Position numbers and translations under genes: made by a program. A stretch of 64,000 nt of DNA from Rebecca billardiae RCC1528 (Eukaryota > Protista > Haptophyta). Below the pieces are notes generated by a model. The model ran no database searches and was not told the DNA's origin. It saw only the letters and a program-made list of their open reading frames with translations. Numbering within the stretch: the first letter of the stretch is position 1; each line of letters begins with the position of its first letter. The stretch is from the NCBI GenBank assembly GCA_965240325.2, contig OZ251226.1, positions 868,001-932,000 of the forward strand. Direction: 5' to 3'. Shown here piece after piece: positions 45,410-56,264 of this stretch.

Positions 45410-48400
45410 ATGGCAGCGCTGGCGCACTCGCCACTGCGCGCTCGCATTCTCATCGGCGCGGAGGATGACGAGTGGATCGTCGCGACGCCCGCGACGAGGA
45501 TCGACGGCGGCGCGTGGGCGCGCGCGCCCGACCTCGCGTACGCCGCGTACGTCGCGCTGCGCCGCTGGCGCACCTTTGCGCACCCGCCTGGCGCAGCGCT
45601 GCTCGCCGGGCTCAAGGAGGACGTGCGGCACGTGTGGTCGGCGGGCGACGCGACGCACGCGCCCGACGCGCGCGTCGCGGCGAGCTGGCTCGCGTTCCTG
45701 CTGCACACGCACGCGTGCATCGAGCGCTGGGCCTCGGTGCGCCGCTGGCTCGGCATGTACGAGCAGTATGCCGCGACGCTCGGCGTGCGCGCGCGCTCGG
45801 TGCCCGAGCACCCATGGCAGCTGTTTGCGCTCGCGCGCGGCGCGGAGCGGTGGCAGGAGTTCGCGGTGCTCCGCGTGCGTGCCTTCGTCGCGCTGGGCAC
45901 CGCCGCCACCCTCTACCGCCACGAGCTCTACGGCGGCGCGCTCGCCAAGTGGCGAGACGCCGCGGCCGCCATTTCTCTCTCGCACGCATCGGGCGCGCTC
46001 AGCGCGAGCCGGGTGCTGCTGACGCGGTGGCAGTCGCGCGCGAGCCGCGCGGCGCGGCGGGCGCACGGGCTGACGGCGTGGCCGCGCCTCGCCTGCCGCA
46101 CCGCCGTGCGCCGCTGGGGCGCCGCCGCCGCCGAGCGCGTCGGGCGGTATGCTGGTCCGCGCTGGGCGGCGTGGCGCGCGGCGCGCGCGCACGGCTCGGC
46201 CGCCGGTGGCGCGCGCGGGCGCGAGCCGAGCGCGGACGGGCACGCGGCGACCACGTTCGCCGTGCTGCTCGTGCGCGGCAGCGCCGGCCTCGCGCGCGGC
46301 TGGCGCTCGTGGGCCCGCGTGCGCGCGCACGGCGCGCGCGCGCGCGGCGCGCTCATACGGTGGCGCGGGCGCGAGCGCGCGCGCGCCCTCCGCGGGTGGA
46401 TGGGTGCTGCCGTGCACGCGCGGCACGCGCTTCAGCAGCTCGGGCACGCGCTGCGCGCGTGGCGCGCGCGCGCGCCCGCGCGCGCGCTGCGCACGTGGCG
46501 CGGCGAGCGCGCGAGCCTCGAGGCCGGCCGCTTCGCGCTGCGCCGCGCGCTCGAGCACGCGAGCGTGCGCGCGCTCAGTAGCTGGGCCGGCCGCGCGCGG
46601 CGCGCGGCGCAGCGCGAGCGCGCGGCGCGCGGCGTGTTCGCCGCGGTGGGGCAAGCCGGGGCGAAGGGCGCGGTGGTGCTCTGGCGCTCGCGCGCCGCGG
46701 CACTCGCGCGCGCCAGCACGCACGCCCACGCCGCCGCCTTCCAGTGGGTGCGCCGGCGCGCGGGCGGCGCGTGGCGCGCGTGGCGCGCCAACGGCGCGCG
46801 CCGCGCGCACTCTTTCGGTCTCGCGAGGCGCGTGCTCATGCGCGCGACGGCGCGCGCGCTGCGCTCGCTCGCGGCGGCTGGCGCGGCGCGGCATCGCGTG
46901 CTCATCGCGCTCGCGCGGTGGGAGAGCGGCGCGCTCCTCGCCTCGCTCGCCCACTGGTCGGCGCGCGCCGCGGTGCACGCCATCCTGGCGCACACCAACT
47001 CATTCGATTCCGGCTCGGGCGGCGGCTGGGCGCGCGGCCGCGCGCGGCTCGTGTCGCCGACGCACCTGCTGGCGGTGGGGGCGTGCGGCGTGGGGCAGCT
47101 GGGCGTCGGCGCGGTGCACGCCGGCGAAAGCGAGCTCGTTGCGCCCGCGCGCGTCGCCGTGCCCTCGGCGGCGCCGCCTTCGCCCGCCGCGCCGGCCGCG
47201 CCGCGCGCCGACGCCGCCGCCAGTGCCGGCGCCGACGCGGCGGGCGGCGCCGACACTGACGCTGGCAGCCTTGCCGCCGACAGCGGTGCCAGCTTTGTGG
47301 GCCGCGCGCGCGCGCAGGCCGCGCGCTCCGCCGAGTCGGACATCGTGGCGGTTGCGTGCGGCGACGGGCACTCCGCCTTCGTCACCGCGGCGGGTCACGT
47401 GTTCGTGTGTGGCGCCATTCCACGCGCCGCTGACAGTCTGGCGGGTGGCGGCGGCGGCGGCGCGGGCGGAGGCGGGCCGCTCGATCGCGAGGGCGGGGAG
47501 GGCGCGGCCGGCGGGGCGGCGAATCGCGACGCGCCTCCCTCCGCCGCATCGGCCGCGTCGACCGCACGCGTCGCGGCGCACGGCGGCACGCCGCTCGCAC
47601 CGCGCGGCGCGGCAGCCGGCACGCTGGAGCTACAGATTGCATGGGCGCCCGTGCGCGCGGCCGGCAGCCTGCTGCGCGCGTCGGCGCGCGTCGTCTCGGT
47701 CTCGTGCGGCGAGCGGCACCTCGCCGCTGCCGACCAGGCGGGCGGCGTGCACGTGTGGGGCGCGAACGCGTCTGGGCAGCTCGGGCTGGGTGACCTGCTC
47801 GCGCGGCCCGAGCCGACCCGGCTGGGCTCGCTCGAGGGCGCAGCCGTGCGCGCGGTCGCGTGTGGGTGGAGGCACACCTTGATGCTGGGCGCAGCCGGCG
47901 AGCTGTGGACGTGCGGCGACAACGAGTGCGGCCAGCTCGGGCTGGGCGGCGCGGGCGGCGGCGGGGGAACGCAGCCGCGCGCGCGCGCGGCGGCTGTGCG
48001 CGTGCCCACGCTCGTGCACCTCCCGCCCGACCCCGCCGGCGGCGCGGCGGCCATGCTCGCGGCCGTGGCAGCGGGCGGGCACCACTCGTGTGCGCTCACC
48101 GACGGCGGTGCACTGCTCTCCTGGGGCTCGGGCGCGTGGGGGCAGCACGGCCTCGGCACGCGGCTGGACTGCCCGACGCCCACGGCGGTGCGCGGGCTGC
48201 CGCGCGTGCGCGCCGTCGCGTGCGGGCAGCACACGGCGGCCGTCGGCGAGGACGGCGAGCTCTACACGTGGGGCAACGGCAAGCGAGGCCAACTCGGGCA
48301 CGGCGACGTCGCGGGCTGCTGCGTGCCGCGGCGCGTGGCGGTGGGCCTGCCTCCTGGGCGCGTGACGGGCGTGGCGTGCGGCGACTACCACACCGTCGCC

Positions 48401-48637
48401 GTGTGCGACGACGGGCGCGCATTCGCGTGGGGCGGCGGCGCGGCGGGCGAGCTCGGCCTCGGCGACCTCGAGCCGCGCTGCGAGCCGGTCGCGCTGGGCG
48501 CGCGCGCGCTGGGCGGCGCGCGCGCGCTCGCGGCCGCGTGCGGCGCGCAGCACACGCTGCTCGTCGTGGGCGGCACGGCGTCCGCTCGGAGCGACGCGGC
48601 TGGCCAGCCGGCGGCGCTCGCTGGGGAAGGCCGCTGA
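45410..48637 (+). CDS. RCC1-repeat protein with N-terminal Trp/Arg-rich (Sfi1-like) repeats
   Basis: Multiple VACG.xH..WG.N..GQLGLG RCC1 blades; periodic ALxxWR motifs upstream. Confidence 0.8.
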   Translation: MAALAHSPLRARILIGAEDDEWIVATPATRIDGGAWARAPDLAYAAYVALRRWRTFAHPPGAALLAGLKEDVRHVWSAGDATHAPDARVAASWLAFLLHTHACIERWASVRRWLGMYEQYAATLGVRARSVPEHPWQLFALARGAERWQEFAVLRVRAFVALGTAATLYRHELYGGALAKWRDAAAAISLSHASGALSASRVLLTRWQSRASRAARRAHGLTAWPRLACRTAVRRWGAAAAERVGRYAGPRWAAWRAARAHGSAAGGARGREPSADGHAATTFAVLLVRGSAGLARGWRSWARVRAHGARARGALIRWRGRERARALRGWMGAAVHARHALQQLGHALRAWRARAPARALRTWRGERASLEAGRFALRRALEHASVRALSSWAGRARRAAQRERAARGVFAAVGQAGAKGAVVLWRSRAAALARASTHAHAAAFQWVRRRAGGAWRAWRANGARRAHSFGLARRVLMRATARALRSLAAAGAARHRVLIALARWESGALLASLAHWSARAAVHAILAHTNSFDSGSGGGWARGRARLVSPTHLLAVGACGVGQLGVGAVHAGESELVAPARVAVPSAAPPSPAAPAAPRADAAASAGADAAGGADTDAGSLAADSGASFVGRARAQAARSAESDIVAVACGDGHSAFVTAAGHVFVCGAIPRAADSLAGGGGGGAGGGGPLDREGGEGAAGGAANRDAPPSAASAASTARVAAHGGTPLAPRGAAAGTLELQIAWAPVRAAGSLLRASARVVSVSCGERHLAAADQAGGVHVWGANASGQLGLGDLLARPEPTRLGSLEGAAVRAVACGWRHTLMLGAAGELWTCGDNECGQLGLGGAGGGGGTQPRARAAAVRVPTLVHLPPDPAGGAAAMLAAVAAGGHHSCALTDGGALLSWGSGAWGQHGLGTRLDCPTPTAVRGLPRVRAVACGQHTAAVGEDGELYTWGNGKRGQLGHGDVAGCCVPRRVAVGLPPGRVTGVACGDYHTVAVCDDGRAFAWGGGAAGELGLGDLEPRCEPVALGARALGGARALAAACGAQHTLLVVGGTASARSDAAGQPAALAGEGR

Positions 48638-49304
48638 GAACACGACGGGTCATCAGATCGCATCCGATCATTGACAGTGCGTGCGCTGATCAGTGTGTGG
48701 CTGTGACGCAGACGTGGCGGCACTGCTCGCGGCTCGGCGTCACGGACTGGTGCGCCCCGTGTGCCTGACAGCTGATGACTTCTATGACTGTGGTAGCCCC
48801 CAACCAACCATCACCCCCTCCCGAAGTAAGCTAGCTTAAGACTGCCTGATAGCTACTAGTAGTACTCTCAGCGGTTCGTAAGTAAGACGAGTACTAGACT
48901 CAGTAGACTCTACGGCGAGGCTACCCTAACCCGGTAGGCGGTACCGCAGCCGCAGGCGCATACGGATTACGGGCCAAGAGTAGTAGTGGCTCAGCACTCT
49001 GAGTCTCTGAGTCTGACTCAGAGTCAGATACTGTAGCAGGACAACAATCACTACTAATAATCAGGTAGTTACCTTCGGTTCACGCTGCGCCACGGCCCAC
49101 GCCGCCCAGCGCCCCCACGCGGAAGCGCTCGCTCAGTGGCTCACCAAGCAAGTTGCACCAAGGGTGTCCGGCTCACCCTGGCTGGTACGCACCCAGCCGC
49201 CTTGGCTCCCGGACTCCTGGCCTCCTCCGGCCGCGGCTCACCGCTTCCAGCAGACGGCAGCAGCACGCTTGGTCCCGTGTCGAACGCCCGTGGCGTGGCA
49301 CATC

Positions 49305-49757
49305 ATGGCTCCACCAGCCGCGAGTACGAGTGAGGACAAGAAGCCGGCGGCTGCGGAGAAGCCTAAGGACATGCCGACGACCAAGGAGATGATCTCGATG
49401 CCCGCATACACGTTTGGCATCCCGGCCATCGCGCTCGCACGTGCGCGGTGGGAGTCTGGCGGTGGGAGCCAGCGCCTCATGTCCATCCTGCGCACAGATG
49501 ACAACGTGCGCGCGCTGCGGAAGCTGGTCGTTGGTACGAGCGCGATGGTGGCGGTGCCGATGCTTGTGCTACTTGTATGCAAAGTATTCCTCCTCGACTT
49601 GCTCTTCACCTTCCGCAGCCCGCAGGAGCGCACGCTGTACGCAGGTATCGCCGCGCTGTGCACTGTGCAGGTGGTGGTCGTCTGGTTCGTCGTGAGTGCC
49701 TTCCGTGAGGACGCTGCAGAGGCTGCGCCAGCTGCAGCGAGGCCCCATGCCGACTGA
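49305..49757 (+). CDS. VMA21: VMA21-like V-ATPase assembly factor
   Basis: RKLVVGTSAMVAVPMLV..YAGIAALCTVQVVVVWFVVSAFRED two-TM pattern. Confidence 0.7.
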   Translation: MAPPAASTSEDKKPAAAEKPKDMPTTKEMISMPAYTFGIPAIALARARWESGGGSQRLMSILRTDDNVRALRKLVVGTSAMVAVPMLVLLVCKVFLLDLLFTFRSPQERTLYAGIAALCTVQVVVVWFVVSAFREDAAEAAPAAARPHAD

Positions 49758-50457
49758 TCGTGCACGCGCACTTCGCAGGGCCACCACGGCAGCGGCTTCG
49801 ATGAAGGCGGTTCTTGAGCCTGTCGCCATCCATCTTCGGACGCAGTCGCGAGTCGACGATCGACCCGCACTTCGGTCAGCGAGTCTCCGGACAATGGTGA
49901 CAGTATTTGACGTAGCCTGATGCTACTAGAGCCCATGCATCAGGCCGCGTGATGCACGCTTCCTATAGGGCTGAGACGACGGACCTTATATATAGACCTT
50001 TCCAGGCGGGCGGGGCAGACTTTTGATCCGTTTGATCGGGCCCCGAAATAATCGGGCATTCGGATGCATAGTAACGTCGACGTAAATCAATTAGCTGAAT
50101 AAGTAGATTTTGAACCGTGTCACTGAAATCTCGCCTGCCTGAGCTGTGTGCGTCTCTTATTCTTAGTAAACTGTAGCTACTAGCTAGCGCCCGTCCGGCG
50201 CCCGAGACCGAGCCCGCCAGTCGGAATGGTTATGGGTTCGTTCAGCCGTCCGCCTGCGAGGCCTGGAGTGAGGGCTGCGGCCGCCTCGCGGCGCGCCAAC
50301 GCCCGTCGTCCTCGCCCCACCGTCGTCCACAACTGACGTCGTCGTCCGTGAAGTCTCCGACTGGGCGCCGACGATGCGACAGTAAAGGCTAAAGCTGCCA
50401 CGAGCTGACTGAGTCACCGCGGTGTTTTCACACGGACAGTTTATTAATATAATAATA

Positions 50458-53277
50458 TGTTGTATTAATCCCGAATTTCCTCCGTGCACGATTTCTTTTT
50501 CCTCTCCAGGCGCTTGGATCCAACCGCCAGGAGAGGTCGAGTACCAGGTACTACTTGCGGTCGTACCTGCCCTCCCTGAACCGGCACGAGCGCGCTCGGC
50601 CCCTAATCCTATTGCTTTCGCCGCTGTCCGCAGGCGAACGCAAGCCGCCGGGTACGTATGTCCGTTTTCCCCCGGCGCTATTGGTCTAACGACCTATCAG
50701 TTTACTGGTGCCGTTTGCTTTCTGCACCTGTGTGGGACGACTCCCGCACCGCCCGCTCGTCCGCACGGACGGCGCTGCTGACGACGTCCGCAGGGACACT
50801 GTGATAAGCCCCTGCGTGACCGGGGAACTGGTAAGGCGGAATAAACATCATGAGCTCAAGCGTGTGAACCCACGTACCGCCGGGCATGGCCCATCCAGCC
50901 GGTCGCAGCGCCGCGGGTGTCGCGACGAACGCGCGGGCAATGATGCTCGCGTGCAGCGCGCTCTGCATCGAGCAGCCGAGTGAAAGCGCGCTGATGAACC
51001 AGATGCCCACGCACGGCGTGGTGTACGAGTTCGGTGACTACCAGAAGGACATCCGTTACGCAACCTCGAATGTCCTCCGCCTGCAGGGCGGCTGCGCGCG
51101 CGGTACGAACCGCGCGAGCATTGACGTGCCCGCGTGTGGCACTTGCGGTGACGACACCGCGGCGGGGGCCTGGATGGTCCTCGTGATCGACAACGTCGAG
51201 CACGAGCTCGATGATGATGGGAATGGCAACGATGCCTACCCTTCACGGCATCCGCTGAGACCGATGCTGCGAGCGCCCCGACCATCCTCACGAGAGGACA
51301 GCTGGACGGGGCGCGAGGTGCTGCTCGATGACGGGCAGCAGCAGGTGATACACTCAAAGGACGTGTACATCATTGATGAGCGGTCGCTGGTCGAGGGGAG
51401 GCACACTCCATTCGCGGCCAGCGATGACAATGCCGAGCCCGAGACTGAGCTGGGGGACGCCGCTGACGGCGAGCTCACCGGCGAGGGCGAGGAGCATTTT
51501 GAGATTGAGGACGGCGCGGCCGATGACGGCGGCGCTGCTGCTCATGACGACGGGGGCGCGGCGAGCGAAGCTGCGCAACCGAGCGCCGACGGCGATGACG
51601 CCGGAGGCGATGACGACGCACGAGCTGGTGAGTCCGCGGCGCCCGAGCTGCCGCGCGACTACGACCCGATGCGACGAGACCGAGCGAGGCGGAGCAGACC
51701 CGCCGCGCAGACGGTGCAGGCTGTTGTGAAGGCGCTCCCTGGCATGCGCCAGGCTGGGCGCGTGTGGTACCTACACTTGCGTAAGTGTTTGCTCGAACAT
51801 GGGTTCGAGCCGTGCCCGAGCGCGCCGTGCATCTACTCGAAGGCTGTCGATGGCGGCTACGTGTTCGTCGGTCACTTTGTCGACGATCTGCTGATAATGA
51901 ACATCTCGAAGGACAAGAACGCGTTGGACGCGCTGATGACGGCGTTGCTGACGCACTACGAGATGCAGGGCACGGACTGCCTGAGCAAGTTCCTTGGCGC
52001 CGAATTTGAGACCACGGTGGACGGACTTTTTACCCACCTGAACCAGTACATCGGTGATGTGTGCGAGCGCTTCCACCTGAGTGGAGAGCGCCACCCACCG
52101 ACCCCCGAGTGCAGCGAGACGCGCGAGATCCCCCGCCCGCTGCAAGCCCTCCTGCTGCGCGCTGACCGCCAGCACTACCAGGAGATGACCGGTGCCCTCA
52201 TGTACTGCATGACGACGTGTCGCCCCGATATCGCACACGCCGTGAACATGCTGGCACGCCGGATGTCCAATCCCCGGCTCTACGACTTGACCGCCGCGAA
52301 GCGCACGCTCCGATACTTGCTCGGCACGCGTCGGCGCGGCATCCTGTTCCGGCACGCGACGCACGCACAACACCCTGATTTGGTGGCGTACGCGGACTCG
52401 GACTGGGCGAACGATCGTGAAGATCGACGTTCTACGACGGGATACCTTGTTATGTACAACGGGGTCCCGATCTCGTGGCACAGCGGACTGCAGAGCGTGG
52501 TCGCGTTGTCTACGTGCGAGGCGGAGTACATCGCGCTGAGCGAGTGCTGCCGCGAGGTGATCTACCTGCGCGACCTGGTGACGTTTTTGAACGAGCCGGT
52601 CGTGGAGCCCACGACGGTGATCTACGAGGATAACCAGGGCACGATCGATTTGACGAACAACCCGGTGCACCACAAGCGCACCAAGCACATTGACGTGAAG
52701 TACCATTTCACGCGGCGCGCGCAAGCCGACGGCGCCGTGCTGATCCAGAAGGTGCCGACCGACGACAACCGGTCCGACATCATGACCAAGGCTACCGCGA
52801 CGAGTACTTTTTTCAAGCACGTCGTGGCGATACTGCATGCTGTTCCACCACCTCCGCCGCCTTCGGCATGATGTCGAGGGGGGGTGTTGTATTAATCCCG
52901 AATTTCCTCCGTGCACGATTTCTTTTTCCTCTCCAGGCGCTTGGATCCAACCGCCAGGAGAGGTCGAGTACCAGGTACTACTTGCGGTCGTACCTGCCCT
53001 CCCTGAACCGGCACGAGCGCGCTCGGCCCCTAATCCTATTGCTTTCGCCGCTGTCCGCAGGCGAACGCAAGCCGCCGGGTACGTATGTCCGTTTTCCCCC
53101 GGCGCTATTGGTCTAACGACCTATCAGTTTACTGGTGCCGTTTGCTTTCTGCACCTGTGTGGGACGACTCCCGCACCGCCCGCTCGTCCGCACGGACGGC
53201 GCTGCTGACGACGTCCGCAGGGACACTGTGATAAGCCCCTGCGTGACCGGGGAACTGGTAAGGCGGAATAAACATCA
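50458..53277 (+). mobile_element. Ty1/copia LTR retrotransposon, internally deleted
   Basis: 393-bp LTRs (50458-50850, 52885-53277) with TG..CA ends, apparently identical; TSD TAATA; G-rich PPT at 52876-52884. Confidence 0.95.
50886..52871 (+). CDS. Truncated copia pol (integrase tail, partial RT, RNase H)
   Basis: VIHSKDVYIIDE; KALPGMRQAGRVW, FVDD; YADSDWA..RRSTTGY..ALSTCEAEY..EDNQ..RTKHIDVKYH..DIMTK. No gag, protease or integrase core seen. Confidence 0.85.
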   Translation: MAHPAGRSAAGVATNARAMMLACSALCIEQPSESALMNQMPTHGVVYEFGDYQKDIRYATSNVLRLQGGCARGTNRASIDVPACGTCGDDTAAGAWMVLVIDNVEHELDDDGNGNDAYPSRHPLRPMLRAPRPSSREDSWTGREVLLDDGQQQVIHSKDVYIIDERSLVEGRHTPFAASDDNAEPETELGDAADGELTGEGEEHFEIEDGAADDGGAAAHDDGGAASEAAQPSADGDDAGGDDDARAGESAAPELPRDYDPMRRDRARRSRPAAQTVQAVVKALPGMRQAGRVWYLHLRKCLLEHGFEPCPSAPCIYSKAVDGGYVFVGHFVDDLLIMNISKDKNALDALMTALLTHYEMQGTDCLSKFLGAEFETTVDGLFTHLNQYIGDVCERFHLSGERHPPTPECSETREIPRPLQALLLRADRQHYQEMTGALMYCMTTCRPDIAHAVNMLARRMSNPRLYDLTAAKRTLRYLLGTRRRGILFRHATHAQHPDLVAYADSDWANDREDRRSTTGYLVMYNGVPISWHSGLQSVVALSTCEAEYIALSECCREVIYLRDLVTFLNEPVVEPTTVIYEDNQGTIDLTNNPVHHKRTKHIDVKYHFTRRAQADGAVLIQKVPTDDNRSDIMTKATATSTFFKHVVAILHAVPPPPPPSA

Positions 53278-53290
53278 TAATAATACTAAC

Positions 53291-53442
53291 TCACTAAGCA
53301 GAATAAGAGACGCACACAGTGTCGGCACACAGCTCAGGCAGGCGAGATCACCAGGCAACAGTGAACAGCCGTATCTCGCCTGCCTGAGCAGAGTGAGCTG
53401 TACGATATATGCATGTGCGTCTCTTATTCTTAGTAAACTGTA
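53291..53442. mobile_element. Minimal MITE made of two inverted family-A TIRs
   Basis: ..GAATAAGAGACGCACA..CTCAGGCAGGCGAGAT, short spacer, ATCTCGCCTGCCTGAG..TGCGTCTCTTATTCTTAGTAAACTGTA. Confidence 0.7.
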
Positions 53443-53481
53443 AAGTATCGCACCAGAAAGTAAGGAGCAAATAACGGCAGG

Positions 53482-54410
53482 CGGACATAAGCAGCGGGCG
53501 AATCCGGTGCCAGGAGGGACTGACGGTCCGGACTCGCTCACACGGAGCCCGGCCGTCTGGGTCGCGGATCTCCGATCTGTGAAAACTGAAAGCTCGCAGA
53601 ATGGCGCTCTTCGCGGTAGATTGAGCATGCCGCCCGCAGTGAAGCTTCAACTGGTCAGAACCAGCCGGGTACGGCCAATGTAAGCGTTGGCCGTTGGGCA
53701 GGACGAATCGAGCGCCGATGCACGCTCCCCGAGGCCGGCTGGCTGGCTACTGTGGCCTCCTTGCACAGCATTCGCACGGCGTGCACGGGCGCCGGTCTGG
53801 GCCCGACCCGCCATCGCGGGGACTTTCGGGTGGAAAGGGTGGCGTGTATGCAGGCACGCGAGTGTGAGCACGTATGCCCCCGTACTACATGGATACACCG
53901 GTACTTGGCGAATCAAAGAGCCCCTAGACGAATCAGTCTACGAGCTCCCGCACGAGTCGCTCACTACCGGTGTATTCATGTAGTACGGGGGCATACGTGC
54001 TCACACTCGCGTGCCTGCATACACGCCACCCTTTCCACCCGAAAGTCCCCGCGATGGCGCGCACGAGAGCTCCCTGATAATGGTGCTCGTGCAGAGTCGG
54101 GTCGGGCCCAGACCGGCGCCCGTGGCCGCGTGCACGCCGTGCGAATGCTGTGCAAGGATGCCACAGTGGCCAGCCAGCCGGCCTCCGGGGAGCGTGTATG
54201 CGCTCGTCTCGTCCTGCCCAACGCTTACATTGGTCATACCCGGCTGGTTCTGACCAGTTGAACCTTCACTGCGGGCGGCACTGCTCAACCTACCGCGCGA
54301 ATGAGCGCCATTCTGCGTTCTGCGATCGAGTTTTCACAGGGGCTCCGGGTGAGCGAGTCCGGACCTCCCGGGCTCCCGGACTCACTACTGTACGCCCACT
54401 GCTTATGTCC
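53482..54410. repeat. Long imperfect inverted repeat (foldback), arms about 53482-53903 and 53965-54410
   Basis: 53810-53891 is a near-perfect reverse complement of 53977-54059; the match extends outward with indels; 61-nt loop. Confidence 0.9.
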
Positions 54411-55304
54411 ACACGCGGCTGGCACGCCCGTTCAGGGTGGCCGGTGGCCGTCCTCGCCGCGGCGACCCTCGTGGCCGCGACCCCTCCTACACCCCCTCCG
54501 TGGCCGGACTGGCAAGTGCCGCACGTCTTCCACGTCGCCGGCCACGCGACGGAGATCACGCTGCCGCGGACAGATGCCATTCGCCCCGGAGCCATCGTGC
54601 GCTGGCTCAGCCCAGCGTCTGGACGGTACAATTGGGAGGGCATCAAGCTGCCGACCTCGTGCGAGGAGGCGATACCTCTCTCGTACACCATCGGTGACGA
54701 CCTGCGCGTCTCCTTCCCGGCCTCGGAGCGCAGCCGCCGCGGGTGGCAGCTGTGCGTGCAAGGCGGCGGTCAGGACTGGTCGATCGAGCCGGACGTGGTG
54801 GTCGACGTGGGCGGGATGGCCTGGTCGGTAGGCGACCACAGCTTCCCCTCCGTCGGGCGTGCATTTCGTCTGAATCTGGAAGGAACCGTCTTCCCCGGGG
54901 ACAGGGTGCGCTTCGTCCTCGCCTCCGCCCAGGGTGGCGCCAACTGCTCCGACGTCGCGCCGGGCAGCGAAGAGCTCAGCGCGACAACGAGGGCTCCCTA
55001 TATTTGGAGCGGGGCCTTCGAGAGCGCGACCTTCGTGTTCGAATCCCCGCCTGGCTCGCCTGAGGTCACCCCCCTCTTCATGTGCTACGCGACCAAGGGG
55101 AGCGAGTTTGTGCCCCAGTATGGCGGCAGCCCCGCCCTGTTTCTCTTTCAAGCCTACCCGCCCACGAGGGCCGTGCTTGACAAGCACTACCCCGGCACCC
55201 CAGATTCAGTCAGCGTGCGCAGGGTCGGCTCGCTGCCCCCCCGCGACTGGACCATTTGGAAGGAGCTCGCAGAGCAGGCCGGGATCGCAAAGACGGAGCT
55301 GTGA
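54405..55304 (+). CDS. Secretory-pathway protein with signal peptide and C-terminal KTEL
   Basis: MSTRGW..VAVLAAATLVAA; beta-rich body; ends AKTEL (KDEL-like). Confidence 0.6.
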   Translation: MSTRGWHARSGWPVAVLAAATLVAATPPTPPPWPDWQVPHVFHVAGHATEITLPRTDAIRPGAIVRWLSPASGRYNWEGIKLPTSCEEAIPLSYTIGDDLRVSFPASERSRRGWQLCVQGGGQDWSIEPDVVVDVGGMAWSVGDHSFPSVGRAFRLNLEGTVFPGDRVRFVLASAQGGANCSDVAPGSEELSATTRAPYIWSGAFESATFVFESPPGSPEVTPLFMCYATKGSEFVPQYGGSPALFLFQAYPPTRAVLDKHYPGTPDSVSVRRVGSLPPRDWTIWKELAEQAGIAKTEL

Positions 55305-56264
55305 GCACCGTCACATCGTCGGCGCTCGTCCGCTCGCCGCGCAGTCGCGCGCCGCCATGCGCGCAAGGGGGCGCCGGCCCGCCGTCGAGCACAGCAGCGG
55401 GCGCGTCCGTGGCCCAGCTGCGCAGCGCGCGGAGACTTTTCGACCAGCTTTGAATCGCGGCAGCTTGAGTCAGCTACCAGCATCTGGGCACGCACCAGGG
55501 CCACGCGTGCAGGGCCCGCGAGCTCATGCGGGCTGGCCGGCGCAGATGGATCATGCGCGGCGCCAACGGCAACGGTTACGGCAACCGGCCCTTAGAACTA
55601 GTCACTACTTGAAGCCGTGGCGAAGGCCCGCGCGCGCTCGGAGTTGCCAGTCGCCCAGTCGGTGCCAGGTCCGTGACGTAGTCGTATGTCATCACCACTC
55701 AACGACATCACTTATTACCGACGTCGTAATTTACGTTGCCATCATCGGACCGAGTGACCGAGTCATCGTCGTTATCATCACGGCCGGTTAGTAGCGCATA
55801 TTCGCCGGCGGCACGGTTGACCGTGACGGTCCGACGGACACTCGGGACAGACTGACGAGACTAAGTCTGAGTCGTTACGAGTGCCTACGACTACAAGAGT
55901 CACTTGACCGACCGACGTCCGTCGGACGGGTGTCAGCCCTCAGGGGCATGCGTTGTAGTACCACGGAGCGGCGCCGGGCCTGAATCCGAGCTACGCGCCA
56001 CGCTGTTATGGAATATGGCTAACTATCGAGCGACGAGGAACAGCCGGCCGAATCAGGAGTGCCAGCGGCAGCAATCGCCTTCACGGGCTTTGCCACGACC
56101 CACGTCGTACGGTCGTATCTCATTCTCTGCTTGGCGGGCGGATGCCGCCGGGCCCAGGCCCGCCCGGGTCGGGCCGCCCTCGCCCCCGGGGTGCGAGGGA
56201 CTGCGCTGCCATGATGGCAGCGCAGTCTGCGCAGCCGTCGAGGCGCCATCGCCCGGCCCGAGCC

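Noticed and set aside
48924-48932. Telomeric CCCTAA
   Set aside because: Single unit only.
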